The position numbers were made by a program, and so were the translations under genes. Under the pieces are notes generated by a model, which saw only the letters and a list, made by a program, of their open reading frames with translations, was not told the DNA's origin and did no database searches. A stretch of 64,000 nt of DNA from Bacilli bacterium (GTDB lineage: Bacteria; Bacillota_I; Bacilli_A; RFN20; CAG-826), in contig JAZLKX010000057.1 of NCBI GenBank assembly GCA_045597865.1, positions 1-64,000 of the forward strand, written 5' to 3'. How positions within the stretch are numbered: the first letter of the stretch is position 1; the number at the start of each line of letters is the position of its first letter. This document shows positions 21,474 to 32,000 of the stretch, one piece after another.

Positions 21474-22559
21474 ATGGCAGAAGAAAAGAAAGTCGAAGCA
21501 CCAGTAGCTGATGCTGAGAACGTCATGGAAATGGTAATGCATGACGAAAACGCACCAATCATTACCGTCAGAAAATTACTCGAAGGTGGAGTCCACTTCG
21601 GACATCACACCAGAAAATGGAATCCAAAAATGGGCAAGTACATCTACGGTGCTCGTAATGGAATCTATTTAATTGACTTAGTCAAATCTGCAGCATGCAT
21701 TTCAGAAGCATATGTTGCATTAAAGAAAATCGTTGAAGAAAACGGTAAAGTCTTATTTGTTGGTATTAAACCACAAGCAAAAGAACTCGTCGAAGCTCAA
21801 GCAGTTCGTTCAGGTTCATTCTACATCACCAATCGTTGGTTAGGTGGTACCTTAACAAACTTCAAGACAATTCAATCAAGAATTCGTCGTTTAAAAGAAC
21901 TCGAAACAATGGAAATTGATGGTTCATTTGATCGTCTTCCAAAGAAAGAAGTTGCTCTTTTAAAGAAAGAAGCTGACAAACTCGCAAAGAACCTTAACGG
22001 TATTAAGGAAATGAGAAAGATTCCTAACGCAGTTGTCGTTTGTGATCCAATGCTTGAACACAACGCAGTTGCAGAAGCAAAGAAACTCGGAATCCCAGTA
22101 TTCGGTATCTGTGATACCAACTCCGATCCAGACAGAGTTGACTTTGTTATCCCAGGAAACGATGACGCACTTCGTTCACTCAAGGTTTTAGTTACAGTCT
22201 TAGCAGACGCAGTTGTCGAAGCAAAAGGTGGTATCACCGAAGTTGCATATACTAAAGATGAATTAGAAGAAGCAACAATGAAAGACGCTGTCCGTTTAGC
22301 AGACAAAGAAAATGCTGAAAGAATTGCAGCAATTCGTAAAGCTCGTGCTGAAAAGCAAGAAAGATTCGAAAAAGCACAACAATTCAGAAAGCAAAGAGAA
22401 GAAGCAAAAGCTGCTAAAGCAGAAGCTCCAAAAGCAGAAGCGCCAGCAGAAGAAGCAAAAGCTGAAGTAAAAGAAGAAAAACCAGCTGAAGAAAAGAAAG
22501 CCCCAGCAAAGAAAGCTCCAGCAAAAAAGGCTCCAGCAAAGAAAGCTGAGGAAAAATAA
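21474..22559 (+). CDS. rpsB: 30S ribosomal protein S2 with N- and long C-terminal extensions
   Basis: GVHFGH-T-KWNPKM, RWLGGTLTNF-TI, DTNSDP, IPGNDDA; SD GGAGG before ATG 21474. Confidence 0.97.
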   Translation: MAEEKKVEAPVADAENVMEMVMHDENAPIITVRKLLEGGVHFGHHTRKWNPKMGKYIYGARNGIYLIDLVKSAACISEAYVALKKIVEENGKVLFVGIKPQAKELVEAQAVRSGSFYITNRWLGGTLTNFKTIQSRIRRLKELETMEIDGSFDRLPKKEVALLKKEADKLAKNLNGIKEMRKIPNAVVVCDPMLEHNAVAEAKKLGIPVFGICDTNSDPDRVDFVIPGNDDALRSLKVLVTVLADAVVEAKGGITEVAYTKDELEEATMKDAVRLADKENAERIAAIRKARAEKQERFEKAQQFRKQREEAKAAKAEAPKAEAPAEEAKAEVKEEKPAEEKKAPAKKAPAKKAPAKKAEEK

Positions 22560-22561
22560 TT

Positions 22562-23428
22562 ATGCCAAGCATGATTGAACTCATTAAGGAATTACGTGAC
22601 CGTACAGGCGCAGGCATGATGGACTGCAAAAAAGCTCTTGAAGCTACAGGTTCAGATGTTGAAAAAGCAATTGACTGGTTACGTGAAAAAGGCATCGCAA
22701 AAGCTCAAGCAAAATCATCAAGAATTGCTGCTGAAGGTTTAGCAGGTGTCGTTGTCGATGGCGATAAAGCAGTTATTCTTGAAGTTAACTGTGAAACCGA
22801 CTTCGTCGCAAAAGGCGACAAATTCCATCAACTAGTTGATGATGCCGCCAAAAACACATTAGCAAACAACTATGCATCAATTGAAGATGCAAAAGTTGGT
22901 TGCGCTCAACTTTTCACCGATGCAACAGTTTCCATGGGTGAAAAGCTTGATTACCGCCGCTTTGAACTCGTTTCAAAAGCAGCAGGTAATGGTTTTGGTT
23001 CTTACATCCACATGGGTGGTAAGATCGCAACCTTAGTTATCCTTGAAAAGGATGATGCAGAACTCGCAAAAGGTCTTGCAATGCACATTGCTGCCAACGC
23101 TCCAAAGTATGTTGTTGACAGTGAAATTCCAGCAGATGTTATTGCTCACGAAAAAGCAATCGCTATGGAAAATATGAAAGCAGATCCAAAGATGGCTGGT
23201 AAACCAGAAGCTATGTTAAATGGCATTTGCGATGGAAAAGTTAAGAAATTACTTTCTGAATCAGTCTTAGCCGCACAAGTTTACTTACTTGATGGCGAAA
23301 AGACAGTTGCCAATGTCCTTAAGGAAAAAGGCAACAGCGTTATTAAATTCATTCGTTTCGCTGTAGGCGAAGGAATTGAAAAACGTAAAGATGACTTTGC
23401 TGCAGAAGTAATGTCACAAGTTAAATAA
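22562..23428 (+). CDS. tsf: Elongation factor Ts
   Basis: KELRDRTGAGMMDCKKAL, R-AAEG, EVNCETDFVA, AMHIAA, VGEGIEK--DFAAEV. Confidence 0.98.
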   Translation: MPSMIELIKELRDRTGAGMMDCKKALEATGSDVEKAIDWLREKGIAKAQAKSSRIAAEGLAGVVVDGDKAVILEVNCETDFVAKGDKFHQLVDDAAKNTLANNYASIEDAKVGCAQLFTDATVSMGEKLDYRRFELVSKAAGNGFGSYIHMGGKIATLVILEKDDAELAKGLAMHIAANAPKYVVDSEIPADVIAHEKAIAMENMKADPKMAGKPEAMLNGICDGKVKKLLSESVLAAQVYLLDGEKTVANVLKEKGNSVIKFIRFAVGEGIEKRKDDFAAEVMSQVK

Positions 23429-23443
23429 TTTGAAAGGAGCCTT

Positions 23444-24154
23444 ATGTATTCAAGAATCTTAGTTAAACTATCTGGCGAGTCTCTTGCTGGAAAAGGTAAA
23501 GAAGGAATCATTGAAAGTGAGGCTCTTTTAAATTCTGCAAAAGTAGTTAAAGCAATCGCTGACAAAGGAATTCAAGTTACAGTTGTTATTGGTGCTGGCA
23601 ATATTTGCCGTGGTTCCATTATTGAAAAAACCGGAATTGACCGTGTCAGCGGTGACTACATGGGAATGCTTGGTACAGTTATCAACTGTATCGCATTAAA
23701 AGAAGCTTTAGTTAAACTTGGACAAAAAGCTGTTGTTTTATCAGCAGTTGATGTCACATTTGCTGAAACTTATTCCCCAGAAGTTGCGGACAAATATTTG
23801 AAAGAAAATTATGTTGTAATGTTTGGTGCCGGCACTGGTAAACCATTCTTCACAACAGATACATGCGCAACACTACGTGCTATTGAAATTGGCGCAAATG
23901 CTATTTTAATAGCAAAGAATGGTGTTGATGGCATTTATTCAGATGATCCAAGATTCAACAAAGACGCAAAACTTTACAAAGAAATCAAGTGCTCTGAAAT
24001 CATTGCAAAAGATCTCAAAGTAATGGATTTAACAGCTGTCGAAATGTTGAAAGATAAAGATATTGATGTTCGTGTGTTTAACGCTTCAAAACCTGAAAAT
24101 TTCCTTAAGGCAGCAAGCGGAGAAGACATCGGAACAACAATTAAGAAAGGATAA
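23444..24154 (+). CDS. pyrH: UMP kinase
   Basis: KLSGE, GAGNICRG, DYMGMLGTVIN, GTGKPFFTTD, VDGIY-DP, VMDLTA. Confidence 0.96.
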   Translation: MYSRILVKLSGESLAGKGKEGIIESEALLNSAKVVKAIADKGIQVTVVIGAGNICRGSIIEKTGIDRVSGDYMGMLGTVINCIALKEALVKLGQKAVVLSAVDVTFAETYSPEVADKYLKENYVVMFGAGTGKPFFTTDTCATLRAIEIGANAILIAKNGVDGIYSDDPRFNKDAKLYKEIKCSEIIAKDLKVMDLTAVEMLKDKDIDVRVFNASKPENFLKAASGEDIGTTIKKG

Positions 24155-24158
24155 GAAA

Positions 24159-24704
24159 ATGGACCCAATCGCATTAGAAGCAAAAGAAAGCATGGGAAAA
24201 ACAATTCAAGCTTTCCAAAATGAACTTACAACACTTAGAACCGGAAGAGCTACACCAGCAATGTTAGACAGAGTTGAGTGTGAATATTACGGAGATAAAA
24301 TTGCAGTTAATCAAATCTCTTCAATCTCATCTCCAGAGCCACGTCAATTACTCGTTAAACCTTATGATAAAGGCGATGTTAAAAACATTTGTGCTGCAAT
24401 AGCAGCAGCTAACCTTGGTGTTAACCCAATTAACGAAGGTGATTGTATTAGAATTACAATCGCACCTCTAACAGAGGAAACACGCCGTGACTTAGTTAAA
24501 AAAGCTAAGGCAATGAGTGAAGATAGCAAGGTTGCAATTCGTAACATCAGACGTGACTTCATTGATTTAGTTAAAGCAAGTGATGAGATGACTGAAGATC
24601 TCCAAAAACGCGTTCAAGAAGAGATTGAAAACGTTACAAAAGATTCAGTCGCTGAAATCGATTCAATTCTTGCCAAAAAAGAATCAGAAATTATGGCAAT
24701 ATAA
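24159..24704 (+). CDS. frr: Ribosome recycling factor
   Basis: LRTGRATP--LD, LTEETRRDLVK, KVAIRNIRR, KKESEI; ATG 24159. Confidence 0.96.
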   Translation: MDPIALEAKESMGKTIQAFQNELTTLRTGRATPAMLDRVECEYYGDKIAVNQISSISSPEPRQLLVKPYDKGDVKNICAAIAAANLGVNPINEGDCIRITIAPLTEETRRDLVKKAKAMSEDSKVAIRNIRRDFIDLVKASDEMTEDLQKRVQEEIENVTKDSVAEIDSILAKKESEIMAI

Positions 24705-24731
24705 GAGAGGCTAATGCTTCTCTTTTCTTTT
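24704..24731 (+). terminator. Intrinsic terminator after frr
   Basis: AGAGAGGC-taat-GCTTCTCT plus T-run. Confidence 0.65.
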
Positions 24732-24806
24732 TATTAAAGAATTCATCACATTATTTTGCTTATACGCTTGCAACATTTTCGTGTGCCTGTGTATAATATA
24801 CGCACT

Positions 24807-25547
24807 ATGGCAAACGAGATTACTTTAAATAAACCAATTAATCATGTTGCAATTATCATGGATGGCAACGGTAGATGGGCTAAAAAACGTGGACTTCCAA
24901 GAACAATGGGCCATAAAGAAGCCTGCAATAGAATTGTTGAAATTTTCGACTACTGTGTTGACTATGGAATTAAAATAGTATCGTTTTATGCTTTCTCAAC
25001 CGAAAACTGGAAACGACCAGCTTCCGAAATTAAGTTTTTATTCCAATACCTTGAAATATTTTTTAAGCGCGAAATAAACAAAATTATGAAAGATGGAACC
25101 AGGATTATTGTTTCTGGTGATATTTCAAAATTGCCGGCAAAAACTAGGAAAACTACTGAAGAGGCAATTGAAAAAACAAAAAATAATAAGAACTATGTAA
25201 TGAATATTTGCCTTAATTATGGTGGTAAAGAAGAACTTACTAGAGCCGCTAAATTAATTGCAGAAGAAGTTAAAGATGGAAAACTAGCTCTTGAAGATAT
25301 AAATGAGCAAGTTATGGAAAATCACCTTTACACAGCCGGACTACCGAATGTTGATTTAATGATTAGGACAAGCGGTGAAGTTAGAACATCAAATTTCTTA
25401 CCATGGCAAATAGCATATGCAGAATATGTGTTCACACCAGTATTATTCCCTGATTTTAAAAGAAAAGAATTTGTCGATTGTTTGATCGAATTTAATAAAC
25501 GTAATAGAAGATATGGAGGGCTAGACAATGAAAAAATTAACAAATGA
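24807..25547 (+). CDS. uppS: Undecaprenyl/polyprenyl diphosphate synthase
   Basis: HVAIIMDGNGRWA, YAFSTENWKRP, NYGG, IRTSGE-R-SNFLPWQ, RRYGG; ATG 24807. Confidence 0.96.
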   Translation: MANEITLNKPINHVAIIMDGNGRWAKKRGLPRTMGHKEACNRIVEIFDYCVDYGIKIVSFYAFSTENWKRPASEIKFLFQYLEIFFKREINKIMKDGTRIIVSGDISKLPAKTRKTTEEAIEKTKNNKNYVMNICLNYGGKEELTRAAKLIAEEVKDGKLALEDINEQVMENHLYTAGLPNVDLMIRTSGEVRTSNFLPWQIAYAEYVFTPVLFPDFKRKEFVDCLIEFNKRNRRYGGLDNEKINK

Positions 25548-26559
25548 AATTAGCGGTTCAGCTAAAAAATCAATGTTAACCAGAATCATTACTGGTGCTG
25601 TTTTAGCAATTGTTTGTATTCCTTGTTTAGTTCTTGGATCTTGGTGGTTTCTTGGATTAACTGTAATCATTACTTTTTTTGCCGCATTTGAAATTGTTAA
25701 AGTAACCAATCTAAAAGGATTAATCAAAATATTAATTTATTTCTTAACAATTATATTTGCTCTAGGAATTATTTATTATTGTATGTTTTCTAAAAACATA
25801 GAGCTGATACAAGAAAAGGGTGGAGCAGCATTTGAAAATAAAGATTTCTTAATGAATTCTTTTGATAATATTACTCTATCAATAATGCTCATCACATTTA
25901 TGTGTGCTGTTTATTTTCTTATTTCATTTGCTGTTGAACCATTCTCAATTGCCTATGTTTTCTACTTCATTTCAATGATTTTGGTTCTTGCAATTGGCAT
26001 ACAATCATTCTTATTTTTACGCTTCTCTCCATTCTATTTCTTTAAAAATGAATGGGCTATTGAAGCTCCACTAAAAATTTATACTGATGAATTTAAATAT
26101 GGGCAATCCATGTTCTTATTTATTTACGTTATTCTAGGAACAATTATGAATGACATTGGAGCCTATTTCATTGGTTTACTTTTCGGTAAACATAAAATGA
26201 ATGAACGTATTTCTCCTAAAAAGACATGGGAAGGATTTGTTGGTGGTGTTGTATTTAGTTTAATTTCATCAATTACATTTGCTCTTATCTGTGCCGCTGT
26301 TGGTAAACCAATTCTTCCTATTTTTGATTTATCACATCTTTACTTCTTAATTATCATTTCAATTCTTTTACCTCTTGTTGCTGATGTTGGGGACTTCGTT
26401 TTCTCCTCAGTTAAAAGATCCTTTGGAGTTAAAGACTTCTCACAATTGCTTCCTGGACACGGTGGCATTCTTGATAGAATTGATTCTCTTATCTTCGCTT
26501 CAGCACTCGTTTCTTGTTTAATTATTTTCATAAATCTTATTCTTAACGGAGCCGTATAA
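25528..26559 (+). CDS. cdsA: Phosphatidate cytidylyltransferase
   Basis: Multi-TM; DIGAYFIG--FGKHK, ISPKKTWEG, GD--S-KR-GVKD, LPGHGGILDRIDS. Confidence 0.95.
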   Translation: MKKLTNEISGSAKKSMLTRIITGAVLAIVCIPCLVLGSWWFLGLTVIITFFAAFEIVKVTNLKGLIKILIYFLTIIFALGIIYYCMFSKNIELIQEKGGAAFENKDFLMNSFDNITLSIMLITFMCAVYFLISFAVEPFSIAYVFYFISMILVLAIGIQSFLFLRFSPFYFFKNEWAIEAPLKIYTDEFKYGQSMFLFIYVILGTIMNDIGAYFIGLLFGKHKMNERISPKKTWEGFVGGVVFSLISSITFALICAAVGKPILPIFDLSHLYFLIIISILLPLVADVGDFVFSSVKRSFGVKDFSQLLPGHGGILDRIDSLIFASALVSCLIIFINLILNGAV

Positions 26560-27701
26560 TGGATCAAGCAAAGAAAGTTCTATTACTAGGAGCTTCTGGA
26601 TCTATTGGTGGTCAAACCATTGATATAATCAATGAAGCTAATGGTAAGTTTATCCTTACCGCTTTTTCAGTTGGGAATAAGTGGGAAGTAGCAAAGGAAC
26701 TTCTTGAGAAATACAAAACAGTAAAACATGTTTATATAAAAAGCTTTAATAACGCAAAAAGATTACATAAACTATTCCCACATGTAAAATTCTACTTTGG
26801 AAAGCGTGGATTAGCTTCAATTACACGCAGAGTGAATTTTGATATTTGTGTTGACGCGCTAGTCGGCTTTGTTGGATTAGAACCAGCGATTATTGCATTA
26901 AAGCGTAATAAAATTCTTTGCTTAGCAAATAAAGAAGCATTAGTTGCAGGCGGAACAATTATTAACGATTTGCTTTCCAAAGGAAAAGGAAAGCTATTCC
27001 CAATTGATTCTGAGCACGTTGCTTTAGCAAAATGTTTAGCCAATTGCGACTCTAAAGACGTTAAGCGTTTAATTATAACTGCATCTGGTGGAGCTTTAAG
27101 AAATGTTCCGTTAGATAAACTTTCAGAAGTTAAGGCTGAAGATGCTTTAAAACATCCAACTTGGAAAATGGGAAATAAAATTACAATCGATTGTGCAACC
27201 ATGATGAACAAAGGTTTTGAAATTATTGAAGCCTTCTATCTTTATGGCTATCCTCTAGATAAAATTTATGTTCAAATGCACGATGAATCGCTTGTTCATT
27301 CTGCTGTCGAATTAAACGATGGCACTTTAATTGTGGATTATGGAAAACCTGATATGCATAATCCAATCAGATGGGCTCTTTATGAAGGAAAATGTGAATA
27401 TGAAGTTCTTAAAATTAAGTCCTTTAGTGAATTGAAAGATTGCCATTTCCATGATTATGATCCTAATAGATATCCATGCACTGAAATTGCAAAACAGTCT
27501 TTATTGGCTGGCGCTTCTAAAATGATTGCACTTAATGCCGCTAATGAAGTTTTAGTGCATAAATATTTAAGAGATGAGATTAAATTTTTAGACATCGCAA
27601 AAAATGTTGAAATTGCAGTAAATAACACAAAAATCCATGCAAAACCTTCATTATTTCAGGTTAAACGCATTGATAGAATTGTGAGAAAGGCGGTGGAATA
27701 A
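26559..27701 (+). CDS. dxr: 1-deoxy-D-xylulose 5-phosphate reductoisomerase
   Basis: LGASGSIG, LANKEALV, PIDSEH, TASGG, HPTWKMG-KITID-ATMMNKG-E, LNAANE. Confidence 0.95.
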   Translation: MDQAKKVLLLGASGSIGGQTIDIINEANGKFILTAFSVGNKWEVAKELLEKYKTVKHVYIKSFNNAKRLHKLFPHVKFYFGKRGLASITRRVNFDICVDALVGFVGLEPAIIALKRNKILCLANKEALVAGGTIINDLLSKGKGKLFPIDSEHVALAKCLANCDSKDVKRLIITASGGALRNVPLDKLSEVKAEDALKHPTWKMGNKITIDCATMMNKGFEIIEAFYLYGYPLDKIYVQMHDESLVHSAVELNDGTLIVDYGKPDMHNPIRWALYEGKCEYEVLKIKSFSELKDCHFHDYDPNRYPCTEIAKQSLLAGASKMIALNAANEVLVHKYLRDEIKFLDIAKNVEIAVNNTKIHAKPSLFQVKRIDRIVRKAVE

Positions 27702-29077
27702 TGGCTTGGTATGAATGGCTTTTATCAGCTTTATTATTTATCATTTCGCTCGGCGCCTTAATAACAATTCATGAAGCTGGACACCTTTCAATGGCAAAAG
27801 TTTTTAAAGTCTATTGTCATGAATTTTCTATTGGTTTTGGTCCTAAACTTTTACGTGTCAGAAAGAAAGGACACGAAACATATTTTGCAGTTAGAGGAAT
27901 TCCTCTCGGCGGTTATGTTTCAATGTATGGCGAAGGAGCAGAAGAGCTTCCAGAATTTAAAGATATTCCACAAGAACGTTCCTTAGAAGGCATTAAGAAG
28001 TGGAAGAAAGCTATTATTGTTTCTGCTGGTGTTATTTTGAATGCTATTTTGGCGTTTGTTTTAATTTTGATTTCAAATATGTGTTTTCCAGTAATGGGTC
28101 ATACAACTCGTACTGTAATCGCAGAAAATTCTATTGCTGCCACAGTTGGCGTTAAGACAAATGACAGATTGAATTTTATTTATCCATCTGAGTGTTTTAA
28201 GGACGAAAGTATTTATCCAATTGAATATGATTACACAACAAGCGATAAGCTAATTCACGCTGGCAATTTTTATATTGTTGATAATTCAATTGAGATGATT
28301 CCTGAAGCAACACCGGGGGTAGTTAAGCATTTTTCATTAGTTTTTATGTTTAATGGAAACAAAGATAGTTCCAACTTCTGTGATTGCATTAAACTTCTAC
28401 CAGCTGTTACAAAAGACGAAATTAGAAATAATGAATATTTAATTGGGAATAAGTTCTATGCTTCTTGGATTGAGGAAGAAGGAAGTCCAGAATATTATCC
28501 AGACTTTACTGTTTCAACTTACACACCTAGCGAGAAAACCACTTTTGTTACTCATTTAAGTTTCCAGGCAGAAGATGAAACTTCTTATTCAAAAGAATTT
28601 ACGTTATCAACTGTTGCTGATGGATCTAAGTACAAGTTTGCTGACATTGGTATTTCTTTCCCAGTAATTAAACAATGGTTACCTGTAGGCGATAGATTTA
28701 AACAAACATTTGTGGATTATGGAAATGCTGCAAGTGCAGTCTTTAGAGGAATAGGAGTGTTATTTACTGGTGGTATTAAAAATATGTCCGGCATAGTAGG
28801 AATTTTTGAAACCAGTGCTACCTTATTCTCTAATTATACATTTGCTACCTATTTATATTTCTGGGGTTTAATTTCGGTCAACTTAGCTATCTTTAACTTA
28901 TTGCCGTTCCCTGGTTTAGATGGATGGCAGTTACTTGTTACTGCAATTGAAGGAATTAGCAAAAAGAAAATCCCTAATAAATTTAAACAAATTATGTCAT
29001 TAATTGGACTTGCATTATTGTTTGTATTAATGATTGCTATTGTCGTATTAGATATTGTAAGGATTGTGGGGGTATAA
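27701..29077 (+). CDS. rseP: Site-2 (M50) intramembrane metalloprotease RseP/Eep
   Basis: HEAGH, FSIGFGP, PLGGYV, NLLPFPGLDG; dxr-rseP synteny. Confidence 0.92.
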   Translation: MAWYEWLLSALLFIISLGALITIHEAGHLSMAKVFKVYCHEFSIGFGPKLLRVRKKGHETYFAVRGIPLGGYVSMYGEGAEELPEFKDIPQERSLEGIKKWKKAIIVSAGVILNAILAFVLILISNMCFPVMGHTTRTVIAENSIAATVGVKTNDRLNFIYPSECFKDESIYPIEYDYTTSDKLIHAGNFYIVDNSIEMIPEATPGVVKHFSLVFMFNGNKDSSNFCDCIKLLPAVTKDEIRNNEYLIGNKFYASWIEEEGSPEYYPDFTVSTYTPSEKTTFVTHLSFQAEDETSYSKEFTLSTVADGSKYKFADIGISFPVIKQWLPVGDRFKQTFVDYGNAASAVFRGIGVLFTGGIKNMSGIVGIFETSATLFSNYTFATYLYFWGLISVNLAIFNLLPFPGLDGWQLLVTAIEGISKKKIPNKFKQIMSLIGLALLFVLMIAIVVLDIVRIVGV

Positions 29078-29079
29078 AA

Positions 29080-32000
29080 ATGAATGACAAAATGATTAGA
29101 TTTCTAACTTCAATCAAGCTCGAAAACCTTGATCGTTTTGATATGGATTTTGATCTTGTTACCCGCAATCAATTTAAGCGCGAGCAAGTCGATATGTTGA
29201 TTGTGAAAAACACACCTTGGGATGCAGATCTCCTAGAGGAATTCCAAGATGCCCTCGAAACAATTCAGTACCCATATTCCATGAAATTTTCTTACGTTAA
29301 AAAACCAACAAGTTTTGATGGAGAAAAATTGTTTGAAAATTGGCATTATAGACATAATCACTATAAGAGCGATTTAAAGGTCAAAGCAAACGGATCTGAC
29401 ATTGCTTTCTACTTCGATGATGAAGAACAAAAAGAAAAGAATAAATCTGTTGTTAAAGACTTCAAAGAGTTCCTTGACTTTATTGGCTACAAATTAAAAA
29501 TAGTGGAGATTTTAAGCGAAAAAACCCCTGAAATCCCGAATATTTCTAAAAATGATGAACCAGTAAAAGTTGAGATTACCAAAGAAGAAGAAAGCGCAAT
29601 TAATGCTTATAAAACCACAATTTCTGAAATGCGTCATGATAAGGAATTGCATGCTAAAGGACAATCTTGGAGAGATAGAATTCCTTATAAGAAAATTGAT
29701 GATTTTTCAACGATTGATGAGAACTGTTCAAATGTAGATATTGAAGGTCAATTATATGGCATTGATAAACCAAAAATTATTAAATCTGGATTAACACTTT
29801 TGACATGCGGAATTGGTAAAGGCGACACAGGTATTTCTCTTAAGATTATGGAGAACGAACATGACTCTGCTGAACTCATTGAATCTCTTAAAAACGAGAT
29901 GTGGGTTAGAGTTCTTGGATACGTCCAGAGAGATACATTTAAAAATACTATTGTTATTGATGTTAGAGCAATTACTCCAATCGAAGGACCTGAACTTAGA
30001 AAAGATGAAGAACCTGAGAAACGTGTTGAGCTACATTTACATACAAAAATGTCATCAATGGATGGTGTTACAAGCATCGATAACTATATTAAGCTTGCTA
30101 AAAACATGGGTCACAAGGCCTTAGCTTTAACTGACCACGGTGTTGTTCAAGCTTTCCCAACTGCTCAAAATGTAGTTAATGATATTTATAAAAAAGATTG
30201 CGATAAAGCAAAAGCAAACAATCTTCCTATGCCAGAAAAATTAAAAATTCTTTATGGCTGTGAATTTTATGCGGTTAATGATGAACTTCCATTCGCATTA
30301 AATCCTGTGGATGTTCCATTAAATAAAGCTACATATGTTGTATTCGACTTAGAAACAACCGGTCTTTCAACTAGATACGATTCAATAACCGAGTTTGGTG
30401 GTATTCGTTTTGAAAACGGCCAAATTGTTAAGTCTTTAGACTTACTCATCAATCCTGGAAGACCAATTCCTCAAAAGATTGTTGAAAAAACACACATTAC
30501 AAACGAAATGGTTGCAGATAAGCCTCATATTGAGGATGTTATTGATCAAATCCTTGAATTTATGGATGGTGCAATCATCGTTTCACATAACATTACATTC
30601 GACTACGGCTTCTTAAAGGAGGTCATGAAAAAACTTGGTAGGGGAGAATTTATTAAACCTGCTATTGATACACTTTCATTATCTCGTTATATGTTCCCAG
30701 ATGCTAATGCTCATAGATTAGGAAACTTATCTAGACACTTAGGCATGGATATTTATAATGATGAAGAAGCTCACCGTGCTGATTACGATGCTCGTATTTT
30801 AAATGATGTTTGGCTTGCTATGTTAGCTAAGCTAACAAAGAATAACGAAAATCTCAAACATAGTGATTTAGCAAAGATTAAATCTACAAACGCTATGCTT
30901 AAGCATATGCGTGCTTCTCACGTTACAGCACTTGCTAAAAATGAAGCCGGTGTCAAAGATATGTTTGAATTAGTTTCATTGTCTCACATCAATTACCTTG
31001 CAGATGTTCCAAAAACACCAAAACGTGAAATTGCTAGATTAAGAGAAAATCTATTGCTTGGTTCAGCTTGCTGCAATGGTGATATTTTTGAAATAGAAAT
31101 GACCAGATCAAAGGAAGAATTAATTGAAGCAATGAAATTCTTCGATTTTATCGAAGTTCAACCTCCTGAGAACTATATGCACTTGGTAAATAGAGGTGTA
31201 ATTGATTCTATTGATAAGGTTAAAGTCTTTATTACTGATATTGTTGAAACCGCACAATCAATTGGCAAAATTGTTGTCGCAACTGGTGATGTTCACTATG
31301 CAAACCCAGAAGACAAGATTAGCCGTGATATTTATATTTCAGCCAAAGCTGTAGGTGGTAAATACCATCCACTCCGTATGAGAGATCCAAATATTGAAAA
31401 TCCAAATCAACATTTTAGAACTACTCGCGAGATGCTTGATGCGTTTGAGTTCTTAGGCAAAGATAAAGCCTATGAAATTGTTATCAAGAACACGAATCTC
31501 ATTGCTGATATGTGCGAAGCTATAGATCCAATTCATGATTTACTTTGTAAACCAGAGATTGAAAATTCGGACAAAATACTTGTTGATTCATGTTTTAGTA
31601 AAGCTAGAGAGCTCTTTGGCGATGATTTACCACAAGATATTGTTGATAGATTAAATAAAGAACTAGATGGTATTAATGGTAATGGTTATTCAGTTACCTA
31701 TTACATTGCTCATGAGATTATTGAAACAGCCGCTAGAGACGGCTATATGGTTGGCTCACGTGGATCTGTCGGATCCTCGCTTGCAGCCCACTTGTATGGC
31801 ATTACTGAAGTCAACCCATTAGCACCTCATTATAGATGTCCAAAGTGTAGACATTTTGAGTATTCGCACGACCCGTCTATATACTCAGGCTCAGATTTGC
31901 CAGAGAAAAAATGCCCTGTTTGTGGTGAACCGATGGTCCATGATGGACAAGATATTCCATTTGAAACATTCTTAGGTTTCCATGCTGAAAAAGTTCCAGA

